From Octopus sinensis (taxonomy: Eukaryota): a stretch of 64,000 bases of DNA. The stretch is from the NCBI RefSeq assembly GCF_006345805.1, contig NC_043005.1:1612001-1676000 (forward strand), given 5' to 3'. Below the pieces are notes generated by a model that was not told the DNA's origin, ran no database searches, and worked only from the letters and a program-made list of their open reading frames with translations. Position numbers and translations under genes: made by a program. Shown in pieces: positions 51,906 through 64,000 of this stretch (its first letter is position 1; every line of letters begins with the position of its first letter).

Positions 51906-52631
51906 ATATAATTTTATTTATCTATTTTACTTTTTTCCTTCCTCCAACTGTTTTTTTTTCCTGCCTTCACAATCTCTCCCCTCATTATCATAGCAAGATA
52001 ACAGAGTGGAGTAGATTCTTGTAACTTCTGGTTAAAAGGTGACCACAGTCCACCTTGGTACCTTACCCTGTCAGCCATGATGCTGCAGAAGATGAGTGAA
52101 TTGGATTTGCATCTATTTCCATGTTAACTGTTCTTAGAGCTAGGAGTGCTACCAGCATTCATCTTGGTAGCCAAGATCTTCATCTCATGGATCTGTTGTC
52201 ATTGTTTTCGTCTCTCGTGAATATTGTCATCATCTCTTTTTGTTTTTCCTCTTCTGAACAGAATGTCCTCGAGTGACTTTAACTGCTGCACACGTTACAA
52301 GCAGGCCTTCCGCTTTTGACCATCAGTTTGACTGACAACACCTCAATAGGATGTAAATCCAGAGTAGCTTTGTAGTCTTCGGAGTCATCAGGACTTCGAT
52401 GTTGATATAAACCTTATTCAATCATTTACTAATCTGGATCTTCTCTGCCTGTTTTGTGCAGCAAAACATGTGTAAAGTGCTGTCTGTCTGAGGTCCTTGT
52501 TGTGACTTGACAAACAGTACAAAGCCCCGGAAGACACAATATTTTCAATCAACAACTTCATGATATTGTATACTGTGCAACGTCTATAATAATAATTACA
52601 ATAACACGAACAATAATAATAACAATAACAA

Positions 52632-52950
52632 GAACGGCCCCTGTGCCGGTGACACGTAAAAGCACCGTCCGTTCGTGGCCAGTTGCCAGCTCTGTCTGGC
52701 CCCGTGTCGGTGGCACGTAAAAGCACCATCCGTTCGTGGCCATTCGCCAGCTCTGTCTGGCACCTGTGCAGGTGGCACGTAAAAAACACCCACTACACTC
52801 GCGGAGTGGTTGGCGTTAGGAAGGGCATCCAGCCGTAGAAACACTGCCAGATCTGACTGGGCCTGACGAAGCCTTCCAGCTTCACAGACCCCAGTTGACC
52901 CGTCCAACCCATGCTAGCATGGAAAACGGACGCTAAACGATGATAATGAT
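52632..52950 (+). mobile_element. RTE 3' UTR with about three tandem ~62-bp units
   Basis: Same units as 20091-20525 in the opposite orientation; the tail grades into (TAA)n. Confidence 0.85.
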
Positions 52951-52953
52951 GAT

Positions 52954-54305
<1,352 letters not shown>

Positions 54306-55030
54306 AAAGGTGATCAAGACTGGAAAAGGTGAAAAGTACAAAAATGAAAAAGAACATGTTCAACAGATTGAAGAGTAAGTTTTGCTTGGTTAGTTTAGGA
54401 AAGTGAGTGGGGATGTATGTGGAAGCAAATCCTGGGTTTGGTTGCAAAAAGAAAGAGAGAGCAGCTGAAGAGGAAGCAATGCAAACAAACAACTTGAAAA
54501 ATATGCGTCTGGGGAGAAAGTGTCAGCAAAATGTCGAGTGTGGAATTTGGGATGAAACAAGGATACACATTGTTGAAGAATGTGGCAAGTTGGCTCAGGG
54601 AGAATATAAGAAATGGAGGCAAGACTGGAAGCTTTGTCAGAAATGGAATTTTGGAGCTGGAAGTACTTGGTAAAATCACTGGGATGAATGAGTGCTAGGG
54701 TCAGAGAAATGCAAGATTTTATAGGATTTTCCAATTCCAACAGATTATGATAAAGAAAATAATAAAGCATAGAGAAAGAAGAGCAAATTTGCTTACTGGT
54801 TGATCTATGATGACCCTTTGTTACTAAGATTGTGAAGGAAACATAAGTTGTAAAAAATGCAAGCCCTTAAAATGTGAGATTGCTTCAATTTAGAACATGA
54901 AATCTATAAAGATTCTGTCATTGATAATTGGTGCATAAAGGATGGAATAGAGAAATGGATAAAGGAGAATGGAATGAGGTGTCAAGTAGCACTTCTAGGG
55001 AAGGTTTGCTGTTTTAGGAACAGGAAAGAT
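54306..55030 (+). mobile_element. Old 5'-truncated R4/Dong LINE C-terminal region
   Basis: EEEAMQTNNLK, CGIWDETRIHIVEECGKLAQGEYKK, WKLCQKW, KIL*DFPIPTD, LIIGA; begins directly after the (TAA)n array. Confidence 0.7.
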
Positions 55031-55149
55031 CCCCAGAAGGGCTTTCAGCTCTTGATGGATCATTGAAATCATGTAGATGTCTATGGTTACAGGATGCAAC
55101 CCTCTCCCCACACAAATTCTACCAGCACCAGCACCAATTCCGAGTCAAG

Positions 55150-56044
55150 ACAATAACAGTAACAACAACACCTAAGTTGTTTTTTTTCATAAGTTTCTGC
55201 ATCATTTGGTCCAGTTGGCTGCAGTATACCTCAGCCGTGATTGATGAGCCAGGTTTAATGAAATCATAATGGATCACACCTGTGCCGGACCACCAAACAC
55301 ACACCATCAGCTTCTTTTGATGAATTTTACCTTTTGGACTGTGTTTTGGTGGCTCGTCTTTGTCCAACCATTCTGCTGAACGTTTACGGTTGTTGTATTG
55401 GATCCATTTCTCATCACATGTTACAATTCGATTAAAAAATGATTCATTTTTGTGACGAGAAAGTAGCATAATGCCAGCTTCCAAACGTTGCTGTTTCTGA
55501 TTTTCATTGGGTTCATGTGGAACCCACTTATCCAACTTTTTCACTTTACTAATTTGAATCAGGTGAGTCAATATTGTTTGCTTACTAACACCAAACAACA
55601 ACGATAATTCACGGACACTTTGAGATGGATCTGACTCAACGGTGGCTTTCAGTTCGTCATTATCCACCTTTGTTTCTGGTCGACCGCGTTGCCCATTTGT
55701 GTGGTCAAAGTTACCAGAACGAAATTTTGCAAACCAATTTGATACTGTCTACTGTGTAATAACATTAGAACGAAATACTCCATTAATATTCAGAGCTGTT
55801 TGTGATGCTGTATTTCCAAGAAAGAACTCATATTTCAAAACCGTACGAATTTCCGACTTATCCATCTCTAAACAAAAATAGCAAAAACGATTTATAAATA
55901 CTTCGAGTTAGAATAAAGAAATAGATGTGTCAGCTTTCTAGCAAAAAATAAAGATTGTCAAAATATAATAATGGTGCAAAATGAGCAGCTGTCAAAGTTT
56001 ACCATGGACCTTACTACAAATTTCATTCTTGACGACCTAATAAT
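55150..56044 (-). mobile_element. Mariner 5' two-thirds (3' truncated)
   Basis: TIR tattaggtcgtcaagaatgaaatt; KKLDKWVPHE, IVTCDEKW, KKLMVCVWW, ITAEVYCSQL. Confidence 0.88.
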
Positions 56045-56441
56045 AGAATGGGAGCTGAAGGAGATTTAACTGCTATCTCAAGAAAGTCAAGCCATCATGT
56101 AGATCTGCTTTGTTGACTTAAAGACAATAACGGTGATGGTGATCAGTGGTGATGGTCACCAATGGATCATAAGATAAGCTGAATAACCAGGTTGAAATGT
56201 TTGTCAACAATCAAAAGATTGAAAGAGAAACCAACAATTCAATGTTTCTCAATCATTTTTCAATTACAGACCACCATCGCCTCCACCACCACCACCACCA
56301 CCACCACCACCACCACCACGCCACCACCACCACCACCTCATATCTCTGTGCAATCCCTCTTGTAGAATTTCTTAACAACTTTTTCTCTCTGTTCTTAATT
56401 TTCTAAACATTTTACGAAAGCCACAGAAACCTACAAAAATA

Positions 56442-57732
56442 CGAGGGGTGTTCAATAAGTAATGCCCCTGACCACTTCCCATAGCAGTAGAGCAACGAAA
56501 CTTGGCACAGTTATTAGTCTTTTTCTACATAGGAACCACCCAGAGTTACGCATTTCTCCCATCGTTTGATGCAGCTCTGGAGACCGTTTTTGTAGAAGAC
56601 CCCAGCTTGGTCCTCCAACCACGACGTGACTTCAGAAATCAAGGCTGCATCATCTGGGAAACGCTTTCCTTTCAAGAACAACTTCATGGTTGGGAAGAGA
56701 TGAAAATCAGAGGGTGCAAGGTCAGGAGAGTAGGGGGATGGGGGAGGAGTTCATAGCCGCACGCCTGTGCTTCTGATCTGGCAACACACGAGTTGTGGAC
56801 CGGAGCGTTGTCCTGGAGGAGGAGGATGCCTTTGCTGATCTTACCCCACCTCTTGATTTTGATAGCTTCTCTTAATTTCCTCAAAAGTGAAGCATAATAG
56901 GCTCCTGTAATTGTGGTACCCTTTGCCAGGAAATCTGTCATCACTACTCCGTCCTGGTCCCAGAAGACTGTGAGCATGACCTTGCCAGCAGAGGGCTGCA
57001 CCCTTGCCTTCTTTGGAGGAGGTGAGTCACAGTGCTTCCACTGCATTGACTGGGCTTTGGTCTCTGGATCATAGTGATGGACCCAGGTTTCATTCTGTGT
57101 AATCAGTCTTTTGAAAAATTTTAACTCATCTTCTTGGCACATCTCCAAATTCATCCTCGAGCACATGACGCGTTCTTGCTTCTGGAAAGGTGTGAGCAAC
57201 CTGGGAATCCATCTGGCAGACACCTTTTGCATATGCAAATGGTCATGAATGATAGTTTCCACAGACCCGGTAATAATCTTGACCTTATGGGCTATTTGGC
57301 AAATAGTTATGCGTCGATCTTCCAAAATGGCTGCCTCAACTTAACGGACAGATGCCTCATCAATGGCAGAAGGGAGGCGACCAGATCTGGGAGCTGTTTC
57401 CACAGAGTTCCGACCATGTTTGCATTCACGATGCCAGCGTTTTACAAGGTCATATGATGGGGCATCATCACCATAAGTTACTTTCATTTCATTAAAAGTC
57501 TCCCGTGGTGTGCGTCCTTTCAAATACAAAAACCAGATCACTGCTTGACACTCAACAGGCTCCATTTCACACTTGACTCAGTTCAAACACCTTTCAAACA
57601 CCTGTAAATCAGAAACCACAATTAGTTCAGAGCTGTAATTTGCCACTTAATCTATAGAGATATAAATAATAATTTCAGCTAGATCAAACAACTGCAAGTG
57701 GGTCAGGGGCATTACTTATTGAACGTCCCTCG
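56442..57732 (-). mobile_element. Complete 1291-bp mariner (irritans-like) with disabled transposase
   Basis: TA TSDs at 56440-56441 and 57733-57734; 32-bp TIRs with 2 mismatches; ORF from 57565 with one stop at 57343-57341, first catalytic D changed to N (TQNETW), LLQDNAPVH, frameshift at HPP(Y)SPDLAP. Confidence 0.95.
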
Positions 57733-58116
57733 TATTCTTTCCTACTCTAGACACAAGGCCTGAAATTTTGGAGGAGGAGGGTCGATGGACCCTAGTATGC
57801 AACTGGTACTTAATTTATAGACCCCAAAAGAATGAAAAGAAAAGTTGACCTCGGCAGAATCAATCTACAAAAATATTGTACAACCTGAAGAAGTGTCCCA
57901 GAAGCCACATTAAAACTGTTGATCTTGTTTAGCCCTGAGTTGATCAAAGCCATTCTACTTGTGACCACCACATTTCTTTACCATCTTTTCTTTTTAAACA
58001 TAGGATATGTTGGATTACATCATCTAATGTATCCTTCCTCGTTTTTTAAAGATTTCAAGATGTAATTTGAGATCTGTTGACTGATTCAGCCACACAGAAA
58101 GTCCATTGTTGAAAGA

Positions 58117-58147
<31 letters not shown>

Positions 58148-58498
58148 CTGCTACAAGTCAGCTGCACTTGAATGTAGCAGTTTATTTCAAATGTTCAAAA
58201 CAGGGTAATTTTGACACCCATTCAATATAAAGATGGATGGGAGCCAAAGTTAAATTGACTGGAGACAACATTACAATGCTACAACAGTATATAACGTCTC
58301 GCTTTTATCTTTTAATTGTGTTTCAGTCATTAGACTGTGGCCATGTTGGGGCAGCACTGCCTTCAAGAATTTTTTAGCCAAATGAATCGACTCCACGACT
58401 ACATATACACATGCCCTTTCCCCTTTACAATGTTTCCACCATAGCTGTCACCTTTACTTGTTCAATAAGACCATCAATTGTATTGATTTCATCAGTGT

Positions 58499-58703
58499 AG
58501 GAGGGTCAGAAAAGGCCATGGGCCCAACCTCTCCTCTTCTCCTTTCCCTGCCCCCTAAGAAATCCTGGGAGGGTCAGAAAAAGCCATTGGCCCAGCCTCT
58601 CCTCTTCTCCTTTCTCTGCCCCCTAAGAAATCCTGGGAGGGTCAGAAAAAGCCATGGCCCCAGCCTCTCCTCTCCTCTTTTCCCTGCTCCCTAAAAAATC
58701 CTG
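58499..58703. repeat. ~68-bp tandem repeat x3
   Basis: gggagggtcagaaaaagccattggcccagcctctcctcttctcctttctctgccccctaagaaatcct, with minor variants. Confidence 0.9.
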
Positions 58704-58979
58704 GTTGTGTGGAGATCCTTTGGCTGATTCTTTTGTATGGAATTCGGTTCCTGCTGAACCAATTCTGTGATTTAGTTCCACTTCTCAGATAAATTGGATT
58801 CATTTATGTCATTATTTTCTTAAGAAAAGGCATGAACATCACCACTTCCTATTTTTCCTTCTGTATCACTCACTCCTAGAGCAATCACTTCAAATGTATG
58901 ATTTGGCAACAACACAAACATTTTATTTTAATCACATGAATAGAAGAGAAGCACCATTTTAGGTCTTTTTTATTTTCTA

Positions 58980-59160
58980 TTTTGTTGTGTGGCAGTGACA
59001 TGATGATGATGAGGATGATGATGGTGGTGATGGTGATGGTGGTGATGATGGTGGTGGTGGTGGTGGTGGTGGTGGTGGGGCAGTAGCAGTGATGATAACA
59101 TTGATGACAGTTGTTATGGTGATGATGATGATGATGATGATGGGGGCATTGGTGATTAGT
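58980..59160. repeat. (GAT)n/(GGT)n low-complexity tract
   Basis: Direct reading. Confidence 0.9.
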
Positions 59161-61879
59161 GAATGGTGGTAGCGATGACTGTTGGGTTGTTATGGAGGAT
59201 GGGTGTTTGTATTTTGAAGGGTGATTTCGTAGTCAGTACAATAACAATAGCAACAACAAGAATCAAAGGCAGCAGCAGCAGCTACAACAACAAGACAAAC
59301 ATCAAAATATTTAACAAAAAAAAACTGAGCTTTAACTACAAAAGTACCCAGCTTGTCTCTCCTCTCCAACCTTCATCTCACCAAATCCACCCCAACCCCT
59401 ATACACAAACCTATCCACTCCTCCATCTAACAGCAGATCAATAAATCAATAATTGATCTTTCCTGCTGTAATCTGTTTTTGGAGAACTATGACCTGGGTT
59501 GGTGAAGCAATCACGTCACAGGCTTTGTGTATGTGTCTACATATATATGTATGTGTGCATGTATATGTGTGTGTGTGTGTGTGTTTCATTATTTTAAATC
59601 TACTTCACTCAGCTGCCATCAGTCGGATGAGCCTGTGGTAGAACCAGCCCAGCCGTCAACCACCAGTTCTCTTAGACTTTCATCCTCTCCTCTATGAGAC
59701 CAACTTCCTTCAGATCAAATCTTACTCCTTGCCTTCCCACATCTTCCACTTCTTTGAGGACCCTTCACTCCACACACATCGCACATCTATATACAAACAC
59801 TTACCTCTCCTCTAGACTTTATCTGATCCCTTTAATGCTTTCTCACTTCACCTATTTAGCTCCCTAAATCCACTCCTTTATGTATCCAAACAAAATTACA
59901 AATCCAAAACATTCAAATTTCTTTTGTACAGTGGACTTTCTCCATTTCCTGAATTAACACTGCAATCTCATTCTTGGGTCTTTTTAGCAGTGGAGTCCCC
60001 TCTGCTGCAGGGATTCAAGCCTGGTCCCTAGTTTGAGTACACCTTTCTCTTTTTCTTTTCTCTCCAACAGGTCTTGGAGGCCTTGAAAGCACTTTCAAAC
60101 CCTAACTTTTTTGCTGTCTAAGAGTTAACCCCTCCATCAAAAAAAAAAAGAAAAAAAAGAAGAAAAAAAAAGACATCTTTATTTAATGTCCTTGTCTCAA
60201 TACTGTGCAGTCTGTGACAAATTCAGTCCATCTTTTGCACATTGAAATCTTGCTTCTCTGTCTGCATCTCAGAGATTCCACTGCAATTTTTATATAACTA
60301 ATGCTTACCCAACAAATGACTCAGTGTTACGTTCCTACACACCAAGAAAGGTCACCTCCATATGGCATTGCAGTGTAGCTAACACATTAGTCTTTGCCAT
60401 GGTGATATTTAGGCCTTACAACTCGAGACAATGCTTCCATGTTTGGCACATTTTCTGCAGCCTTTTAACATATTCTGTTATGAGAATTGGGTCAAAAGTG
60501 TTTTGGAACTCTAAAGGACAACCAGTTGTAAATGTTATAGACTTAACAACTACAAGAATTCAGGATAAATTCATTACAAATATCTAGACATATAGTAAAT
60601 GTCTACATATAAATTAAGGTTCTTTTTAAACTCTTTGCCAAAACTAGAATTGTGACCGGCACTTTAGCATCACATTACATAACTCTTGGAAACTAATCAC
60701 CAAGATCAAGTTTATTGGACACACAGACACAAACACTTCCTCATCATTTAACATCCATTTTTCATGATGGCATGGGTCGGACCATTTGGCAGGAGCTACT
60801 GGTAAGGCAGACTCCATTTTCTCTTTTGGCACGGTTTCTACAGCTGGATGCTCTTCCAAATACCAAATATATGGGCACATATAACGTAAATACAACAGAT
60901 ATAAGAATATTTTGTGTATGCATGTGTGTAAATAGTGATGTACACACACACACACCACACACACACACAACACACACACACACACACACTAAAAGCTGAA
61001 AGTTAAAGTTGAAAATAATCACTGAGACATATGACTAACTGTTTACAAAACAATTAATTATTATGATAAATTATTATTAATTATGATAAATTATTATATA
61101 ATTAAATATAATTATCAATCCCATTTCTAATGCACTTCACTGTTTCTTGTCTCTCAAAAAAGTCTCCTTCCTGATTTAGACATTTCTCACAGAATCTTTT
61201 CTCGGGGTTGAACCCATCAAGAAAGTTGCAGATATTTGGATGACTGACACTGATTGGCTGATTCATGGTGCCAAGAAAGCATTAAGAGTTTGAGTGAGGA
61301 GAAGGGGGAGTCCTTGTCAGTCATTAGTCAGAAGCACATTGCAAGTAATTAATGGGAATAGGGTTTGCAGGGCATCACAGCCTTTGGCTGCTCTCTTTAC
61401 AGGGTCTGAGAGGAATTGCTCTTAAAATAGAACACAATAGATTTGGCAACAAAGCAGCCACCTGCTGCCACAACTTGGTATGAGAATGACAACAGCAATA
61501 ACAACTACAATAGCAGCAACAAGCTAAGTCTACCTACAACCCCATTAACAGGTCACAATACAAAAGCAAAGAAGCTGCTCACTCTTAGACTGAAGCTGTT
61601 GTCATTTCAAACCTTTTCCTACAAGTTTTTCACACATTTGACCCAAGCAGCATAAAAAATTTGACCTTGGAAATGATTAGAACCCATTATGAACTGCTTT
61701 TTGAAACTGGAATGAAATCCTTTTCAAGTATTGAGTTTATATTTGTTTATCATTTGTGTGTCGTGTATTGTCTGCAAGTAAGGTGAACAAGTTTGGCACA
61801 TTAAAACTGTTTGACTATGTAGAACTTATAACCAGGGAAAATATATTCAAATAGCAGCCTGTTTGTATGTTCCATGTTG

Positions 61880-62480
61880 TGACCTGTTCTTGTACTGTTT
61901 CATCTGTCAAAGAGATTCATCATTTGTCTGCCAATATTCCTGTTCTCTTCCATTCTTCCATCCCATTGTCATACTGTAAGAAGCTTTATATCACTGACAA
62001 TATAAGGGAATTCACCTGGAATAGAAAACCCAATATTTGCAAAGGAAAGAAGATGAGGGGCTGGATGGAATCACCTTGGCTTCAGTATTTAAATATTCCT
62101 ATTAAAAGGCCAATTAAAAATACTCATACCTTTGGACATACTCTCACACTTACGCATATATGCATATCTACATGCATACACACACATTAATTTCATAGCT
62201 GAATACGACCCTGTTGTCCATAAGCTCCAACAATGTAAATGCTGTCCATATTTTTGCAATCTGACAAGTTACAAAGAGAATCATTTCTTATTCTTCTTTT
62301 TTGTCCATTAACCAAATTTCTGTCTTAGGATTATTTAGGTATTATGGATATCTTTCAATGTCCAGTTAATCTCTTCAGCATCTTCAGACAACATTCAACT
62401 AATCAATTCCTTCATATTGTATCAACCTAACCAACAGGCTGAGGTCTTTATTATCAACAGGTGCTATGACTGATGGTTAT
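61880..62480 (-). mobile_element. Ancient R4-type RT remnant
   Basis: QGDSIQPLIF (cf. QGDSLSPL.F) near 62040-62085; the rest is weak. Confidence 0.4.
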
Positions 62481-63914
62481 CTTAATGTTAACATAATTAA
62501 TGTTGTGAGTATCAAAACTCTAATTGGAAATAACAATGAAATAAGGACAAAACAATAATTAACTCAGTGACTATTTTTATAATTGTGGCAAGAGAAACAA
62601 CTTGGGGCATGTTTCAGTGTTACTAAACCTCTTTAGCAAAGCACACACTCCATTGTCTTCTTAGAAATAGGGATTTATCTTTTAAAGAATACGTTAGATA
62701 TTTATGTCTAAACACAAACAATATTATATAATGAGTTAATAGAGTCTCACATCATTATTTTGGTAAATATAAAGAAATTTGTGTTAATTCAGCAGTAACC
62801 ATATCTAGAGTTATTTCTCATATTATTTGAAATGATTCAAGCAATATGAAAGATTGAGTTAATATTGTCTTTTTCTCACAAAATAATCATTTCTAATTGT
62901 ATTTTTAATGTTGACTCAATTAATTATTTTAACACTAGCTTCACTCTTGTTTTTCATTCAAACAGTATCTCTGGTTAATTAATCTTAGAGATGTCATTAA
63001 CGAAATATGATTGTAAACATCGTAGACATTTGTGTTATCAACGTCTGCAGACAAACTGCAACTAATAAGCCAACAACACTCTCTCTCTCTCTCTCTCTCT
63101 CTCATTAATATTCACTGTTTGCGTTGATTCACTCCACATCTACTAAGTATACGTCTCTAGTTAAGATCTACAGATTGGTTTATTTGGTCAAACTCCAGTC
63201 CATTGATAGACAGTGATCAATGGAGTCAATAACTTCAGATTTTGATCTTTCGACCGACCAATAACCGAAGACTTTGTCTCTTCAGCCAATATTTATTGAT
63301 ATTATGCATTGTATTTATGGAAGTACCATTTACAAACAGCCTGAATCTGACAGAGACAAAGAAATAAAATGTTTTTTAGGGCATGAAAACCCAGAGTGAA
63401 ATATTATTTGATGTCAATAGAAATATGTTTATTAAGAAGTAACCCAATATTTGAGAGTCATCCAACCAAGTTTTTAGCTCAAGGTTACAACTGGGAAGTT
63501 TTTAAGCAGGTTTTACTTTCTCAGAGCTGGGATTACATGCAAACACAAACAATGCGAAAAATGTTCACACACACACACACATACACAGCACCCTATTTAT
63601 GTTTTATTTAATCACTTGGTCAAAGGATGAAGGGCAATGTCCTTGACCCTTTTTCAGGGCCTCAAACACAGCTGGCTGGGAGGGAGGAGGTCATTCTCAA
63701 ACCAGAAATCTGGTTCAAATACTTTCCACATAACAGACTCCAGTAAATGCAGCCATATTCCAGGTGGGGGTTTTAAAGGGGGGGGGGGCGAGTGGGGGTG
63801 AATTAAGTTTAACACACACAAACACACACACTACTGTCAGTGCAACCATGTACATACATTGACTCTAACATGTCGTCAGCACTAACTGGTATTCACACAC
63901 ACACACACACACAC

Positions 63915-63948
<34 letters not shown>

Positions 63949-64000
63949 CTGTATATATAATACTTCACACAAATAAGATAATAGTATTTCTATGTTAGTG

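Noticed and set aside
52067-52590. Minus-strand segment ending in a GTAAGG donor as an upstream SMG1 exon
   Set aside because: Multiple stops and no SMG1 similarity; probably decayed retroelement sequence.
60309-60510. Minus-strand exon-like segment with GTAAGC donor
   Set aside because: Stops in all frames; GLNITMAKTNVL indicates an RT relic.
61885-62015. Strong minus-strand acceptor ttttctattccAG
   Set aside because: Stops in all frames; lies within a QGDS-bearing RT remnant.

Overview
Repeat-saturated, AT-rich animal genomic DNA, very probably a coleoid cephalopod (octopus). This is inferred from the repeat families, the extreme (TATG)n/(TAA)n/(TA)n load and a C2H2 zinc-finger relic, not from a database search. 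The only host coding sequence I can support is one minus-strand SMG1 exon (5384-5499 or 5384-5562). The rest is transposon debris and microsatellite: R4/Dong-clade LINEs with a restriction-like endonuclease (RLE), RTE LINEs, a CR1 nested in a mariner, mariner/Tc1 relics, a Gypsy RT relic, Penelope-type ends and SINEs. Most notable: (1) R4/Dong LINEs stacked in one orientation inside microsatellite tracts, with one group tied to (TAA)n and another to (CATA)n; (2) a 1.3-kb spacerless palindrome with GG termini and a perfect 8-bp TSD (Merlin-like foldback); (3) a canonical C4HC3 PHD finger inside the RT region of the dominant RTE family; (4) a minimal hammerhead ribozyme with an intact core. No tRNA, rRNA or CRISPR is supportable. 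Nearly all long ORFs in the track are microsatellite artefacts. Coordinates were counted by hand; boundaries of decayed elements are approximate, and family assignments come from remembered motifs.
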